Positions 48,695 to 58,734 of a stretch of 64,000 nucleotides of DNA are shown here, piece by piece. This DNA comes from Verrucomicrobiia bacterium (GTDB lineage Bacteria > Verrucomicrobiota > Verrucomicrobiia > Limisphaerales > UBA1319). Under the pieces are notes generated by a model, which saw only the letters and a list, made by a program, of their open reading frames with translations, was not told where the DNA came from and did no database searches. The stretch spans positions 832,001-896,000 of the forward strand of contig OY760937.1 in assembly GCA_963664225.1 (NCBI GenBank), written 5' to 3'. Position 1 is the stretch's first letter; every line of letters begins with the position of its first letter. The position numbers and the translations under genes are program-made.

Positions 48695-50731
48695 CTATTT
48701 CAGCGCAAGGCCGTCGAGCCAGATTCGCAGGGGTGGAGCGCCCCAGGAGTCGAAGCCAAGGGTCAGGTAGTTGAGGGTTTGAAGTTCCGTGCCTTCGCGT
48801 TGCCACTGGTTGTCACCGGCCAGAGGGACGACAATGTAGGTCCATCCCTCGCGCGCTTCGTTGTAGGGCGGCTGGGACAGGAGATCGGTTTTTGCGGTGA
48901 GTCTTGCGAATCTGGTCTCTGATTCATGCAGGGTTACAACCGGGTTGGGGCCTTGCCACGAAGGCACGTTTTCATTGATTGTCTTCAGCCAGAAAACGAG
49001 GTGCTTTTTTCCTGCAAGCGATAAGCCGGCTCGTCTGGATTTTGGGAAAAGGAGGCTTACCCGCTCGCCGCCATACGGCTGCACCATGGCAAACAGCGCG
49101 GTGCGGCCGCTGATCTTTGTCTGGCGGTCGTCGCTGAACTTCACGGTCGATTGCGGATCGATCCAATCCCACTGGCTGGCTTCTGCTTCGGTGCCGAGTT
49201 CGTCGATGTTCTCAACGACATAGAAATCGCGCCAGGCCAGATCGGATAACAGTCCGTTGTTCACGGTCAGGCCCACGCGGTAGAATCCGGGTTGTTTGAA
49301 GGCATGGGTGATTCGCGGCTGAGTCAGGATGGTTCCGTCACCCAAATCCCATCTGAACCGAAGTTGGTGTGCGGAGGGGTCAGTGCTTTTGGAGGCATCC
49401 AGCTCCACATTTCGGCCCACTTTTGCCATGGAGGGGCCGACCAGTATCGCCTTTGGCGCGAGGGTAATGCCGGAAACATCGGGTGCAACGATCAGATTAG
49501 TCACGCCCCCGGCGTTCTGGACATTGCCGTCCTGGTTGGATTTGAAGACATTGGCCCCGAGGTTAATCCAGTCGGAATACTGGATGTAGAGGCCCCAGCG
49601 GTTGGATGCGAGTGTGTTTTGCTCGATGATCCAGTGTTGGGCCTTCCACTTCGCGCCCTGGGTTTCGATATCGCCAATCAGCGCGATGCCGGCACCGTTG
49701 TTGCCGACGCATTTGTTGCCGCGGGCGATGGTGTGACTCGATGGCCCGAACATGAACACGATTCCCGCGTGTCCCTTGCCGGGCAGGTGAGGCGAATTGT
49801 GCATGCCGTCCGGGAGTCCGTTGTAGGAGGCCTCGTTGTCGATGAGCACTGTTTTATCCGAGGCGCCCAGCCAGAAGCCGTAGCTGCCGTGGCTGGCCTT
49901 GTTGCGGATGTAAGTGTTGTTTGGGGACCAGGCTTCGATGCAGTTGTTGTTGGCGTAGGAGCAGTCGTTGTTTTCAAAGAGGTTGCCTGTGCTGACCCAG
50001 CCGTTGAGGACCCGCACGAAGATGCCGTCACCGCCGTGGCTGCAGTCGTTGCCGGTCATGCGGTTGTCGTTGGATCCACTCTCGATCAGCACGCTGGTGG
50101 AATCGCGGGCATGGACTTCGCCGGGTTTGATGCGGATACCGTAACTGAGGTTGTTATTTGTGATGCGGTTTCGGCAGGAGTTCCAGAGTTTCAGGCAGGT
50201 GTCGGAAGTGTGGGAAAAGTCGTTGTTTTCGATGGTGTTGTCATTGGAATCCACGATGACGCAGGCATCCCAGACGCGGTTGGCCTTGCAGTTGCGAATC
50301 ACCGTGTGGCGGGCGTTGGTCAGAACGATGCCGCCGCGTCGGCCGTTCTCGCCCCAGCCGAATTCTGGATCGGTGAAATTGTCGGAGAAGTCGCAATGCT
50401 CGATCACCCACTCGGACACATTCTTGAGGGCCAGACCGGTCTCCCAGCCTTTGGCGTTCAGGTTTTTGAGCACGACGTTGGTCACGCCTTGAGCCTGGAT
50501 TCCCACGCCGGTGAACGATGCGGGGTTGCCCTGTGTGACTCCAATCACCCATGCGCCCCGGCCGTCGATTTTGACATTCGAGGATTTGATGACGAGCGGG
50601 CCGTAGGTTCTGTTCGGATCGAGGATGGTGTCTTTCGTGATCTCCAGAATGTTGGTGTCCGCCGCGGCGGTCGGGTGCATTCCCAGGAGTAGGATGAACA
50701 GGGCCAGCAGTTCTGCTGTAGCGCGGGACAT
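48695..50731 (-). CDS. Secreted right-handed beta-helix (NosD-like) protein with PKD domain
   Basis: Asn-ladder beta-helix repeats; DAS.S.DP...WDLGDG..H.F..PG.Y.V.LTV PKD; start chosen at the signal peptide MSRATAELL. Confidence 0.8.
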   Translation of the reverse strand: MSRATAELLALFILLLGMHPTAAADTNILEITKDTILDPNRTYGPLVIKSSNVKIDGRGAWVIGVTQGNPASFTGVGIQAQGVTNVVLKNLNAKGWETGLALKNVSEWVIEHCDFSDNFTDPEFGWGENGRRGGIVLTNARHTVIRNCKANRVWDACVIVDSNDNTIENNDFSHTSDTCLKLWNSCRNRITNNNLSYGIRIKPGEVHARDSTSVLIESGSNDNRMTGNDCSHGGDGIFVRVLNGWVSTGNLFENNDCSYANNNCIEAWSPNNTYIRNKASHGSYGFWLGASDKTVLIDNEASYNGLPDGMHNSPHLPGKGHAGIVFMFGPSSHTIARGNKCVGNNGAGIALIGDIETQGAKWKAQHWIIEQNTLASNRWGLYIQYSDWINLGANVFKSNQDGNVQNAGGVTNLIVAPDVSGITLAPKAILVGPSMAKVGRNVELDASKSTDPSAHQLRFRWDLGDGTILTQPRITHAFKQPGFYRVGLTVNNGLLSDLAWRDFYVVENIDELGTEAEASQWDWIDPQSTVKFSDDRQTKISGRTALFAMVQPYGGERVSLLFPKSRRAGLSLAGKKHLVFWLKTINENVPSWQGPNPVVTLHESETRFARLTAKTDLLSQPPYNEAREGWTYIVVPLAGDNQWQREGTELQTLNYLTLGFDSWGAPPLRIWLDGLALK

Positions 50732-51177
50732 GATTCTTCCAACCGCCAACAAAGACGGCGTTTTAAGGGGCCTTTCAGCGAACAGAAGGATATTGGCCTG
50801 CAGCTGTTCCGCTGGGAGATGCGTTGGAGTCAGCCGGATCAAGCGGTCGAATGTTTTGCTCGTCGTCATGGGATTCGTAACGTTGTGCCAGATAGGGAGC
50901 ACAAAGACCACAAAGAAACCACGAAGGTGGGGAAGGGAAAACCGCGAATGGACACGAAGAAATAGACAGGATGACAGGATAAAAAAGGATGGGGAGTGGA
51001 TAAGCCGGGGAAATCCGCAGATGCCGTAGAGGGACGCAGATGGGATAGGGAGAACCGCTAATTGGCACTGATAACCGCCAATACGGATGGGAATTTTGTC
51101 CTGTGGCGAGCGAGAAAAGGGGCGTGGGAAAGGCTTGCGAAGGAGCGTGGAATGGGGTTGAATTATCAGGGTCGATT

Positions 51178-51253
51178 GGTCCCGTAGCTCAAATGGATAG
51201 AGCAACGGTTTCCTAAACCGTGGATTCCGGTTCAATTCCGGACGGGGCTACCA
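51178..51253 (+). tRNA. tRNA-Arg (CCT)
   Basis: GGTCCCGTAGCTCAAATGGATAGAGC, stem ACGGT-TTCCTAA-ACCGT, GGTTCAATTCC, CCA. Confidence 0.93.
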
Positions 51254-51439
51254 TTTCCAGGTCGGCCAATTAAGCAAGACTTCCGCAAAATCTTGGGGGA
51301 AAAGAATCAACCACAAACGAACCATGAATAAATACGAAGATGGGGATGGGAGAACCGCTAATTGGCACTAATCGGCGCTAATGAACAGAAATTGTGAGGT
51401 TGCTTCGATTTGACGGACACAGGAGCGGAGCGAAACTTA

Positions 51440-51793
51440 ATGAAAAACCGTATGAAGCAATCTGTGATTCCCGATTCCAAGACTCATCCGAAGTATGATT
51501 CTGCATTTAAGCAGGAAGCCGTGAACCTCTGGAAATCCAGCGGGAAATCGGCAGCCACGGTGGCGGCTGAGTTGGGGATAAAAATGGAGCGGCTCTATGC
51601 CTGGCGCGCAAAATATGTGCCGCTGCCAACAGGGGAAGGAGCCGAAACAAAGACCCGTGAGCAGTTGCTGGCCGACAATGCCGCTTTGTTGCGCGAACTG
51701 GACTATGTGCGCCAGCAGCGGGAGATTCTAAAAAAAACGTTGGGAATTCTTTCGGACCCCCAGAGCAACGCTATCAACGGGTTGAAGCGATGA
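51440..51793 (+). CDS. IS3 OrfA
   Basis: Y...FK.EAV, VAAELGI..L..W, EILKK. Confidence 0.9.
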   Translation: MKNRMKQSVIPDSKTHPKYDSAFKQEAVNLWKSSGKSAATVAAELGIKMERLYAWRAKYVPLPTGEGAETKTREQLLADNAALLRELDYVRQQREILKKTLGILSDPQSNAINGLKR

Positions 51794-52632
51794 AAGTCGA
51801 TCATCCCATCCGCCTGCTCTGTGAGGCCTTTGATGTGTCTTTTAGCGGCTACTATGATTGGTGCCGACGGCAAATCCAGCCTTCGTTGCGTGCCCGTCAG
51901 GACGCCGTATTGAAAGGGACCATCACAACGATTTTCAATGGCAGCCGCAAAACCTATGGCAGCCCGCGCATCCAGATCGCCTTGAAGCACCAGGGGCACT
52001 GCCATGGTCGCAACCACATCGCCCGTTTAATGCGCCAGGAAGGCCTGCAGGCGCGTTCTAAAAAGCGTTTCAAGGTCCGAACCACCGACAGCAATCATGA
52101 TCAGCCCATTGCCCCCAACCGGCTGGCTCAAGCCGCGCCACCGGACCAACGCAATCAGACTTGGGTCGGGGACATCACCTACATTGCCACCGATGAAGGC
52201 TGGCTCTATCTGGCGGGAATTGAAGACCTCTACAGCCGCCGCATCGTGGGTTGGAGCATGAGCGAACATATTGACGCCGAACTGGTTCTGGCGGCCTGGA
52301 ACATGGCCTGCATTCAGCGACAACCCGAACCCGGATTGCTCTTTCATTCAGATCGGGGAGTCCAGTATGCCAGTCAGGATTATCGCCGGGCGATGGAAAC
52401 CTCCGGTGCCCTGGCGAGCATGAGCCGCAGTGGCAACTGCTATGACAACGCGGCCATGGAATCCTTTTGGAGCACCCTTAAACAAGAACTGGTTTATCGC
52501 CGGGTCTTTGCGACCCGAGCCCAGGCCCGACAGGCCATCTTTGATTACATCGAGACCTTCTATAATCGACAGCGTTTACACAGCACACTCAATTACATGT
52601 CTCCTGTTGACTTTGAAAATATATCCAAATAA
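51790..52632 (+). CDS. IS3 OrfB (DDE)
   Basis: YGSPR, WVGDITY, HSDRGVQY, NCYDNA.MESF. Confidence 0.93.
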   Translation: MKVDHPIRLLCEAFDVSFSGYYDWCRRQIQPSLRARQDAVLKGTITTIFNGSRKTYGSPRIQIALKHQGHCHGRNHIARLMRQEGLQARSKKRFKVRTTDSNHDQPIAPNRLAQAAPPDQRNQTWVGDITYIATDEGWLYLAGIEDLYSRRIVGWSMSEHIDAELVLAAWNMACIQRQPEPGLLFHSDRGVQYASQDYRRAMETSGALASMSRSGNCYDNAAMESFWSTLKQELVYRRVFATRAQARQAIFDYIETFYNRQRLHSTLNYMSPVDFENISK

Positions 52633-52714
52633 CCTATATGTGTCTTCTGTGTCCGATTTATCGAAGCAAGCCCAGGCGTTGGGAAGCAGCCGTCAAAATA
52701 AATCAGCCAGAGGG

Positions 52715-53803
52715 CTACTTTGATTTGTTGATCGCGAGCAAGGGGAATTTTGTCAATAAATCAGCCGTGGTCTTTGTAGCTGCGGCCGCAAAGTTGGCCT
52801 GGTCTTTGATTTCAAAACGCATGACTTCGTGTGAATCCGATGCGTTGCTCTTGTTCACGGTGCCATTGTTGTTCAAGGATACCGTCGTCCTGGAAAAACC
52901 GCAGACCTCGTGTCCCTCGTGTCGAAGGTGACGGCCAGCCACCATGCCCAGGACGGCCGCACACCAGAGATTGCGTTCTCCATCCATCAGCCACTGACGA
53001 TCGGCAGAGTTCATGGGCTGGCTCAGATATTCAATGGGATCGGCGGTTTCCTTGTGCAGCATGTATAGAAAATATCTCTGGAGTGGCAGCGGGGCCTTCT
53101 CCAGCACCTGACCCTGACGAATTTTCCAAAATGAGGCGTGCCCCTTGTTTTGCCAAAGCCCTCCATCAAAGCACGGCACCCAGAAGACGGGGAGGTCTGA
53201 GCGCATCAGGCCCAGATAGGCCTGGGTATCCAGCGCGACATTATACTCGATATAGGCGGGATCCGAGGCCTCGCCAATGAAGGAGTAAATGCCGCGCACT
53301 TTTTCGCGAAAAAGTTTTGGTTCCCGGTTGAACGCGACCACGGTATCGCGCACGCTGCCCAATGTGATAATCGCCATTTTCTCCCGGCTGTCCTGGAGCG
53401 TTTGGAGGATCAAATTGACTCCAAATTGATGTTCAGCCGGTTGATCCAGGGCACGATCCCCGGGTGATTTGAGCAGCCGATTCAATCCAATGGCTGCCGA
53501 CACATGACGGCCCGTGAGGTAGTTCATCTGCCAAACGGGTTTGTAACCCGGACGTTGGGCCTGGAGCGCGCCATTGTCCAGGATGATGGCCCGCACATCG
53601 ACTTCGGGAATGGAATAAATGCAAGCCAGGTCAAAATGATCGTCGGGATCAACGTGCGGATGCGTCAGATCCGTGCTGTAGATGATCGGCACGCGATGCG
53701 GCGACGGCGCGGCCTGTGAGGCGACCGGTGCTCCACCGAGAATCGCGCCCGGGAGGGCGATTCCAGCGGCCGCCAAAAAGTTCCTTCGCGTCAGTGGTCT
53801 CAT
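52715..53803 (-). CDS. Tat-exported nucleoside-hydrolase-like protein
   Basis: TRRNFL Tat signal; STD....DPDD and EYNV..D motifs. Confidence 0.75.
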   Translation of the reverse strand: MRPLTRRNFLAAAGIALPGAILGGAPVASQAAPSPHRVPIIYSTDLTHPHVDPDDHFDLACIYSIPEVDVRAIILDNGALQAQRPGYKPVWQMNYLTGRHVSAAIGLNRLLKSPGDRALDQPAEHQFGVNLILQTLQDSREKMAIITLGSVRDTVVAFNREPKLFREKVRGIYSFIGEASDPAYIEYNVALDTQAYLGLMRSDLPVFWVPCFDGGLWQNKGHASFWKIRQGQVLEKAPLPLQRYFLYMLHKETADPIEYLSQPMNSADRQWLMDGERNLWCAAVLGMVAGRHLRHEGHEVCGFSRTTVSLNNNGTVNKSNASDSHEVMRFEIKDQANFAAAATKTTADLLTKFPLLAINKSK

Positions 53804-53929
53804 TGATTTCCATTCCTAATCGTATTTAATTGAAAAGCAATGGAATATATCAGACAGACAGGATTTCTTAACCACGGATAGGACGGATGCCACGGATAGG
53901 GAAATTAATTTCGAGGTCGCAGGAGGGAC

Positions 53930-54370
53930 TCAGGCTGCGACCATGACCATCCATGAGACGCCGAAGCGGTCGGCAGTCATGCCGAAACGGGGCGAATAAA
54001 AGGTTTTGGCCAGTGGCATCTGCACCTGTCCGCCATCGGCCAGGGCGTTGAAAAGGCGTTCCGCCTCAGCCTCGGTCGGCACGGAAAGTGTGAGGGAGAA
54101 GCCCTGGAAGGATGGCTTCCCGGAACAGCAGCCATCGGAGGCCATGATGGTGGTCTCGCCGATGCGTATGTTGGAGTGCATGATCTTGTTTTCGGAGTTG
54201 GGCGGACACCGACCGGGTTGCGGAGGCTCCGGGCTGTCCTTAAAGCGCATCATCATCGTGATCTCGGCGCCCAGCGTGCGGCGGTAGAACTCAAGCGCTT
54301 CCTCGCAACGACCGTCGAAGAAGAGGTAGGGTTCGATTTTTGAAGGGTGATTGCTATGTGTAGTGCTCAT
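53930..54370 (-). CDS. VOC/PhnB family protein
   Basis: PYLFFDG.CEEAL.FY, KIMH, DRFGVSWMV. Confidence 0.9.
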   Translation of the reverse strand: MSTTHSNHPSKIEPYLFFDGRCEEALEFYRRTLGAEITMMMRFKDSPEPPQPGRCPPNSENKIMHSNIRIGETTIMASDGCCSGKPSFQGFSLTLSVPTEAEAERLFNALADGGQVQMPLAKTFYSPRFGMTADRFGVSWMVMVAA

Positions 54371-54469
54371 AAGATTGCCAATTTGTGTTTCGATTCGTGA
54401 TGTTGTATTGGAAGAAATTAATCCGGTATTTTCATGGGTGGTTCATTGGTGTGCTTGAAGGCGCAGGGT

Positions 54470-54766
54470 TCAGCCTCCGGCCATGGCGCCGACGATGAGG
54501 AAAGGTTCCGCACCGCACACGACGGCCTCGGGCAATGGGGTTTCCGGCGGTTCACCAGAGAGGTCTTCCTTGCAGGCGAAGAATCTGACGAAGGGCCGGC
54601 GCTTCAATGTGCCGTGGTCGCGAATGGTGCCGCGCAGGGCCGGATGGGCTGCTTCGAGGGCGTCGAGAACCGATCGCAGGGTGGGTGGATTGCCAACTTC
54701 AAGCTGCACTTCGCCGTCCACACGCGCGAGCGTTCGTAAATGATAGGGGAGGACAACGCGTATCAT
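54470..54766 (-). CDS. MoaD/ThiS ubiquitin-like sulfur carrier
   Basis: 98 aa, C-terminal AGG; overlaps the stop of the upstream gene. Confidence 0.85.
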   Translation of the reverse strand: MIRVVLPYHLRTLARVDGEVQLEVGNPPTLRSVLDALEAAHPALRGTIRDHGTLKRRPFVRFFACKEDLSGEPPETPLPEAVVCGAEPFLIVGAMAGG

Positions 54767-55923
54767 GGCAGGGTCTGGACCTCAACGGACAGGACGGCCG
54801 GCAGGTCGCGAAGGATTGGATTCCAATCATTGCCACTGTTGGCGGAGGCGTAAACCTGGCCACCGGTGGTGCCGAAATAGACGCCGCATGGTTCAAGGGA
54901 GTCAACGGCCATGGAGTCGCGCAGGACGTTGACATAACAATTCTCCTGCGGCAGGCCGTGCGTGAGCGGTTCCCATTCGTTGCCGCCCGTGCGGCTGCGA
55001 TAGACCCGCAGCTTGCCGTCCGGCGGGAAATGTTCGGAATCGTTCTTGATGGGGACGACGTAAATGGTTTCGGGTTCGTGCGCGTGAACTTCAATTGGGA
55101 AACCAAAGTCACTGGGCAGGTTTCCGCTCACCTCGGTCCACTGTTCGCCCGCGTTGTCGGTGCGCATGACATCCCAGTGCTTCTGCATGAACAATACGTT
55201 CGGTCGGGACGGATGCATGGCGATGCGGTGAACGCAGTGGCCGACTTCGGCGTCCGGATCGGGGAGTTCGTAGTTGGATTTGAGCCCGCGATTGATGGGA
55301 CGCCAGGTCATGCCGCCGTCGTCGGTACGGAAAGCGCCCGCCGCCGAGATGGCGACGTAAATGCGGTTCGGGTTCTTCGGATCGAGGAGAATCGTATGCA
55401 GGCACATGCCGCCCGCGCCGGGTTGCCAGAGGTGTCCCTTGGCGGCGCGCAATCCGGGCAGTTCCTTCCATGTGACGCCGCCGTCCGAAGTCTTGAAAAT
55501 CGCGGCGTCCTCGGCGCCGGCGTAAACGGTGTTGGGGTCGGTAAGCGAAGGTTCGAGATGCCAGATGCGTTTGAACTCCCAAGGATGCTGGGTGCCGTCG
55601 TACCATTTGTGGGTGCCTGCCTCGCCCTCATAGAGGAACTTGTTGCTTTCACCGGCGGGGAATGCGCCGGGCGTTGGTATGGGCGAGCCATCAGGTGTCG
55701 CCCAGGTTTTGCCGCCGTCCTCCGAGCGCTGGATGACCTGGCCGAACCAACTGCTTGTCTGCGAGGCGAAGATGCGGTTGGGCTCGGCGGGCGAGCCTTT
55801 AAGATGATACATCTCCCAACCCGCGAAGTGCGGGCCGCTAACTTCCCAGTTCCGGCGCCTGCCATCGGCTGTCAGGATGAACGCGCCTTTTTTTGTGCCG
55901 ACCAATACTCGCACGCTACTCAT
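54763..55923 (-). CDS. BNR/Asp-box beta-propeller (sialidase-like) protein
   Basis: Repeated S/T-x-D-x-G-x-T-W Asp boxes. Confidence 0.88.
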   Translation of the reverse strand: MSSVRVLVGTKKGAFILTADGRRRNWEVSGPHFAGWEMYHLKGSPAEPNRIFASQTSSWFGQVIQRSEDGGKTWATPDGSPIPTPGAFPAGESNKFLYEGEAGTHKWYDGTQHPWEFKRIWHLEPSLTDPNTVYAGAEDAAIFKTSDGGVTWKELPGLRAAKGHLWQPGAGGMCLHTILLDPKNPNRIYVAISAAGAFRTDDGGMTWRPINRGLKSNYELPDPDAEVGHCVHRIAMHPSRPNVLFMQKHWDVMRTDNAGEQWTEVSGNLPSDFGFPIEVHAHEPETIYVVPIKNDSEHFPPDGKLRVYRSRTGGNEWEPLTHGLPQENCYVNVLRDSMAVDSLEPCGVYFGTTGGQVYASANSGNDWNPILRDLPAVLSVEVQTLP

Positions 55924-56315
55924 TTTAGTCCCCCATTATTTATCGGGTTTTGCCTGATGTTTTCGTTCATTCAAGTCCAGGACGAGTGAACGATCGCCTT
56001 CGAAATGGTAACGGTCACTACTCTTAACCATTATCAGTGCGAATGCGCATGTGCGCTCAATCTATACTAAAATCCACCAAAACGCAGGCGAAAATTGCTG
56101 AAAAAAGAAGCCGAATGGAACTGGGATATTGGGCGAAGGCGCGAAGGAAGAGGAGAAAATATGACAGGATGGACAGGATGAGCAGGATGGTGGGGAATAA
56201 CCGCGATGAGTGCAGAGGGCGCAAAGGAACCGTGAAAGGGGAAGGGAAATATGACAGGATGGGCAGGATGGGGAATGACAATGGGTTTCAGTCTGCCGTG
56301 GAATCAAACGGGATA

Positions 56316-57365
56316 TCAGAGGACGTAGTCTTTGGAGGCGTCGGGATGGAGCCTCTGGAGTGCGGCGGCCACGACGGTGTTGGGGTTTATGTTTTGCAGG
56401 CAGGCGAGGGGCTGCGGGTTGGAGCACTGGGGTTTCATGCAGGGTACGCAGGGCAGGGGGTGCTGCAAGGCGTTCTCCAGTTGATGGTAGGGTCCGGTGC
56501 GATGGGGTTCGGTGGGGCCAAAGAGGGCGATCAAGGGCTTTTTCATGGCGGCGGCCACATGCATGGGACCCGTATCGTTGGTGATCATGAGATCGGCCAG
56601 ACGGATCCATTCGATCATTTCTGGAAGGGAGGTTTGACCGGTGAGGTTCAGGCAACGCCCAGGCAGAGATTGAGCGATGATTTTGCCGAGGTCCATATCG
56701 CTGCCGCCACCGAGAATGGCAAAACGCATTTCAGGCTCGGATTGGCCCAGGCGGGCGACGGTTTCCGCGTAGTATTCGATGGGCCAGCGCTTATTTGTCC
56801 AGCGCGCGCCGGGATGCACGACGATCCAGCGCGAGTTTTCGACCGCCCATTTGTTACGAAGATCGGCGACAATATTGTGGCGGGGTGGAAACCATGTAAA
56901 ATTTTGATCCACGGGCACTTTTAAAGCGCGCAGGACATCAAGATACCAGTCGGCCGCATGGGTCAGATAGGATTGGCGAGGAACGGCGATATCGTAAAAG
57001 GCCTCGGCGCCTTCACGGGGATCGTCCAGGCCGATGGTTAACGAGCCGCGCGCAAGCCAGGAAATGGCGGCACTACGGGCGAGGCTTTGGAGGTCGATCA
57101 CCCAGTCGAAGGAAAGCTTGCGGATCTGGCGCAGGGTGCGGGCGAGCCGGAGCCAGTAGAAGGGGGAGCGCCAGCCTTTGCGGTAGAATGGGAACAAACC
57201 GGCCAGATCGGGATCGCCCTCCAGAAGCGGGGTCAACTCGGCGGCCAGCCACCAATAAACCTGGTTCGCCGGATCGTGTTTCTTGAGGAGCCGCAAAACG
57301 GGCAGGGCCTGAACGACATCCCCCAACGAACTGGGTTTGACGATGAGGATTTTCACCGGAGGCAA
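56316..57365 (-). CDS. GT9 ADP-heptose:LPS heptosyltransferase
   Basis: SSLGDVV, HPGARW..KRWP, NDTGPMH.AAA, LFGPT. Confidence 0.9.
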   Translation of the reverse strand: MPPVKILIVKPSSLGDVVQALPVLRLLKKHDPANQVYWWLAAELTPLLEGDPDLAGLFPFYRKGWRSPFYWLRLARTLRQIRKLSFDWVIDLQSLARSAAISWLARGSLTIGLDDPREGAEAFYDIAVPRQSYLTHAADWYLDVLRALKVPVDQNFTWFPPRHNIVADLRNKWAVENSRWIVVHPGARWTNKRWPIEYYAETVARLGQSEPEMRFAILGGGSDMDLGKIIAQSLPGRCLNLTGQTSLPEMIEWIRLADLMITNDTGPMHVAAAMKKPLIALFGPTEPHRTGPYHQLENALQHPLPCVPCMKPQCSNPQPLACLQNINPNTVVAAALQRLHPDASKDYVL

Positions 57366-57499
57366 GTCCGGCGGCCCTGGAAAGGTTGATGGAAGAGCGG
57401 GAGGCGCAACGAAATATCCTGCGGCGCGGGAGTGTCCGACACCGCATTTTCCTGAATATTCGTTGCTGCAATCATGGGACCGCGCGCCTTGGGTTGCGG

Positions 57500-58222
57500 T
57501 TATTTACCGAATTCGAGGCGTTCGGCGAGACGTTCGGGTAGGCCGGCGGCGCGAATTTTGGCCTGAGTTGTGGGAATGTCGTAATCCAGGCGGCGCAATT
57601 CGATGGTGCCTTCATCAAGGTCATAGACGCCATAGGTGGCCTTGGCCACGCCGTCGCGGGATTGACCGACGCTGCCGATGTTGACGAAATATTTTTTACC
57701 GGGCTCGGTTTTGAACTTCGAGTAGGTGCCGCCCCGCACGACGCTGTCGCGGATGAAGGCGACAGGGACATGGGTATGCCCGAAGAAGCAGACGCTGGTG
57801 TTTTGGTAGGTGAAGCTGGCGGCTGCGGCGAGCTTATCGAAGACATAGCCCCAGCGTTGGGGGCCGTCCAGAGTCGCATGAACGAGGGAAAAACTGGCGA
57901 TCAGGCGGATGTATTTAAGTTCACGGAGCCATTGGCGGTCTTCCAATGAAAGCTGTTCGCGCGTCCAGTTGATGGCTTCCTTGGCGTGGGGGTTGAAGCC
58001 TTCCAGTTCGCCGTCCATGGAGCAATACTCGTCATGATTGCCTTTGACGCAAGGCATGCCCATGTTGCGAACGATATCGAGGCACTCCTTTGGATTGGCG
58101 TTGTACCCGACGACGTCGCCGAGGCAGGCATAGTGGGTGCATTTGAGGTTTTTGGCATCTTCCAGCACCACTTGCAACGCTTCCAAATTGGAATGTATAT
58201 CGGCTAAAATTGCGTACTTCAT
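57500..58222 (-). CDS. Metallophosphoesterase (calcineurin-like)
   Basis: DIHSN, GDVVGY, GNHD, GHTH, N.GSVGQ. Confidence 0.92.
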   Translation of the reverse strand: MKYAILADIHSNLEALQVVLEDAKNLKCTHYACLGDVVGYNANPKECLDIVRNMGMPCVKGNHDEYCSMDGELEGFNPHAKEAINWTREQLSLEDRQWLRELKYIRLIASFSLVHATLDGPQRWGYVFDKLAAAASFTYQNTSVCFFGHTHVPVAFIRDSVVRGGTYSKFKTEPGKKYFVNIGSVGQSRDGVAKATYGVYDLDEGTIELRRLDYDIPTTQAKIRAAGLPERLAERLEFGK

Positions 58223-58239
58223 TTCGTTACGAGCCCAAT

Positions 58240-58518
58240 TTATCTGATAATCTCAAATCCACGAAATCCGCCTTTGGCTGGAGACCAGCTTTCGCGCGTT
58301 TCACGGATCATCGGCCCGAGGCCTGACTCTAAAATCGCTGTTTTAAATTCTTCCAATTCCGCTTTTTCACCTTCCGCCAGTAATTCGACACTGCCATCGG
58401 GCAGGTTGCGGATGGTTCCTGCCACTTCAAAACCTGTCACGACGGACTTGACTGCATATCGAAACCCAACGCCCTGAACATGCCCCAAGTAAACGACGCT
58501 TAATCGAAACCGGTCCAT
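58240..58518 (-). CDS. acyP: Acylphosphatase
   Basis: G.VQGVGFR and N..DG.VE motifs. Confidence 0.9.
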   Translation of the reverse strand: MDRFRLSVVYLGHVQGVGFRYAVKSVVTGFEVAGTIRNLPDGSVELLAEGEKAELEEFKTAILESGLGPMIRETRESWSPAKGGFRGFEIIR

Positions 58519-58734
58519 AGGTGGTTAAAGCCCCCGGTCGATCGTTGCCATTTGATTGCGCGTTCGATTATCCGCGAATCGCTGCTGTTTAACAGCTAAA
58601 TCCATGCCATGATAAAGCCACAACTTGTCCGGTGCTGGCAACGATATAATTGGCGGCGCAATATTGATTTTGATGCCCTGGCAGATAACGCATGTGCGGA
58701 TGTTGCTGATGCCCAGCAGGTATGGTATTGGAGA

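Larger units (their letters stand above)
51395..52674 (+). mobile_element. IS3-family element (second type)
   Basis: TG..CA ends; IRL tgaggttgcttcgatttgacggacacag, IRR (rc) tgggcttgcttcgataaatcggacacag; A8 slippery site ~51730. Confidence 0.92.

Noticed and set aside
50732..51235. N-terminal 168 aa of the 846-aa ORF
   Set aside because: Overlaps tRNA-Arg and low-complexity repeats; a signal peptide begins at 50731.
58519..58734. Possible ncRNA or riboswitch between acyP and the four-helix gene
   Set aside because: No recognisable conserved motif or convincing stem set by eye.
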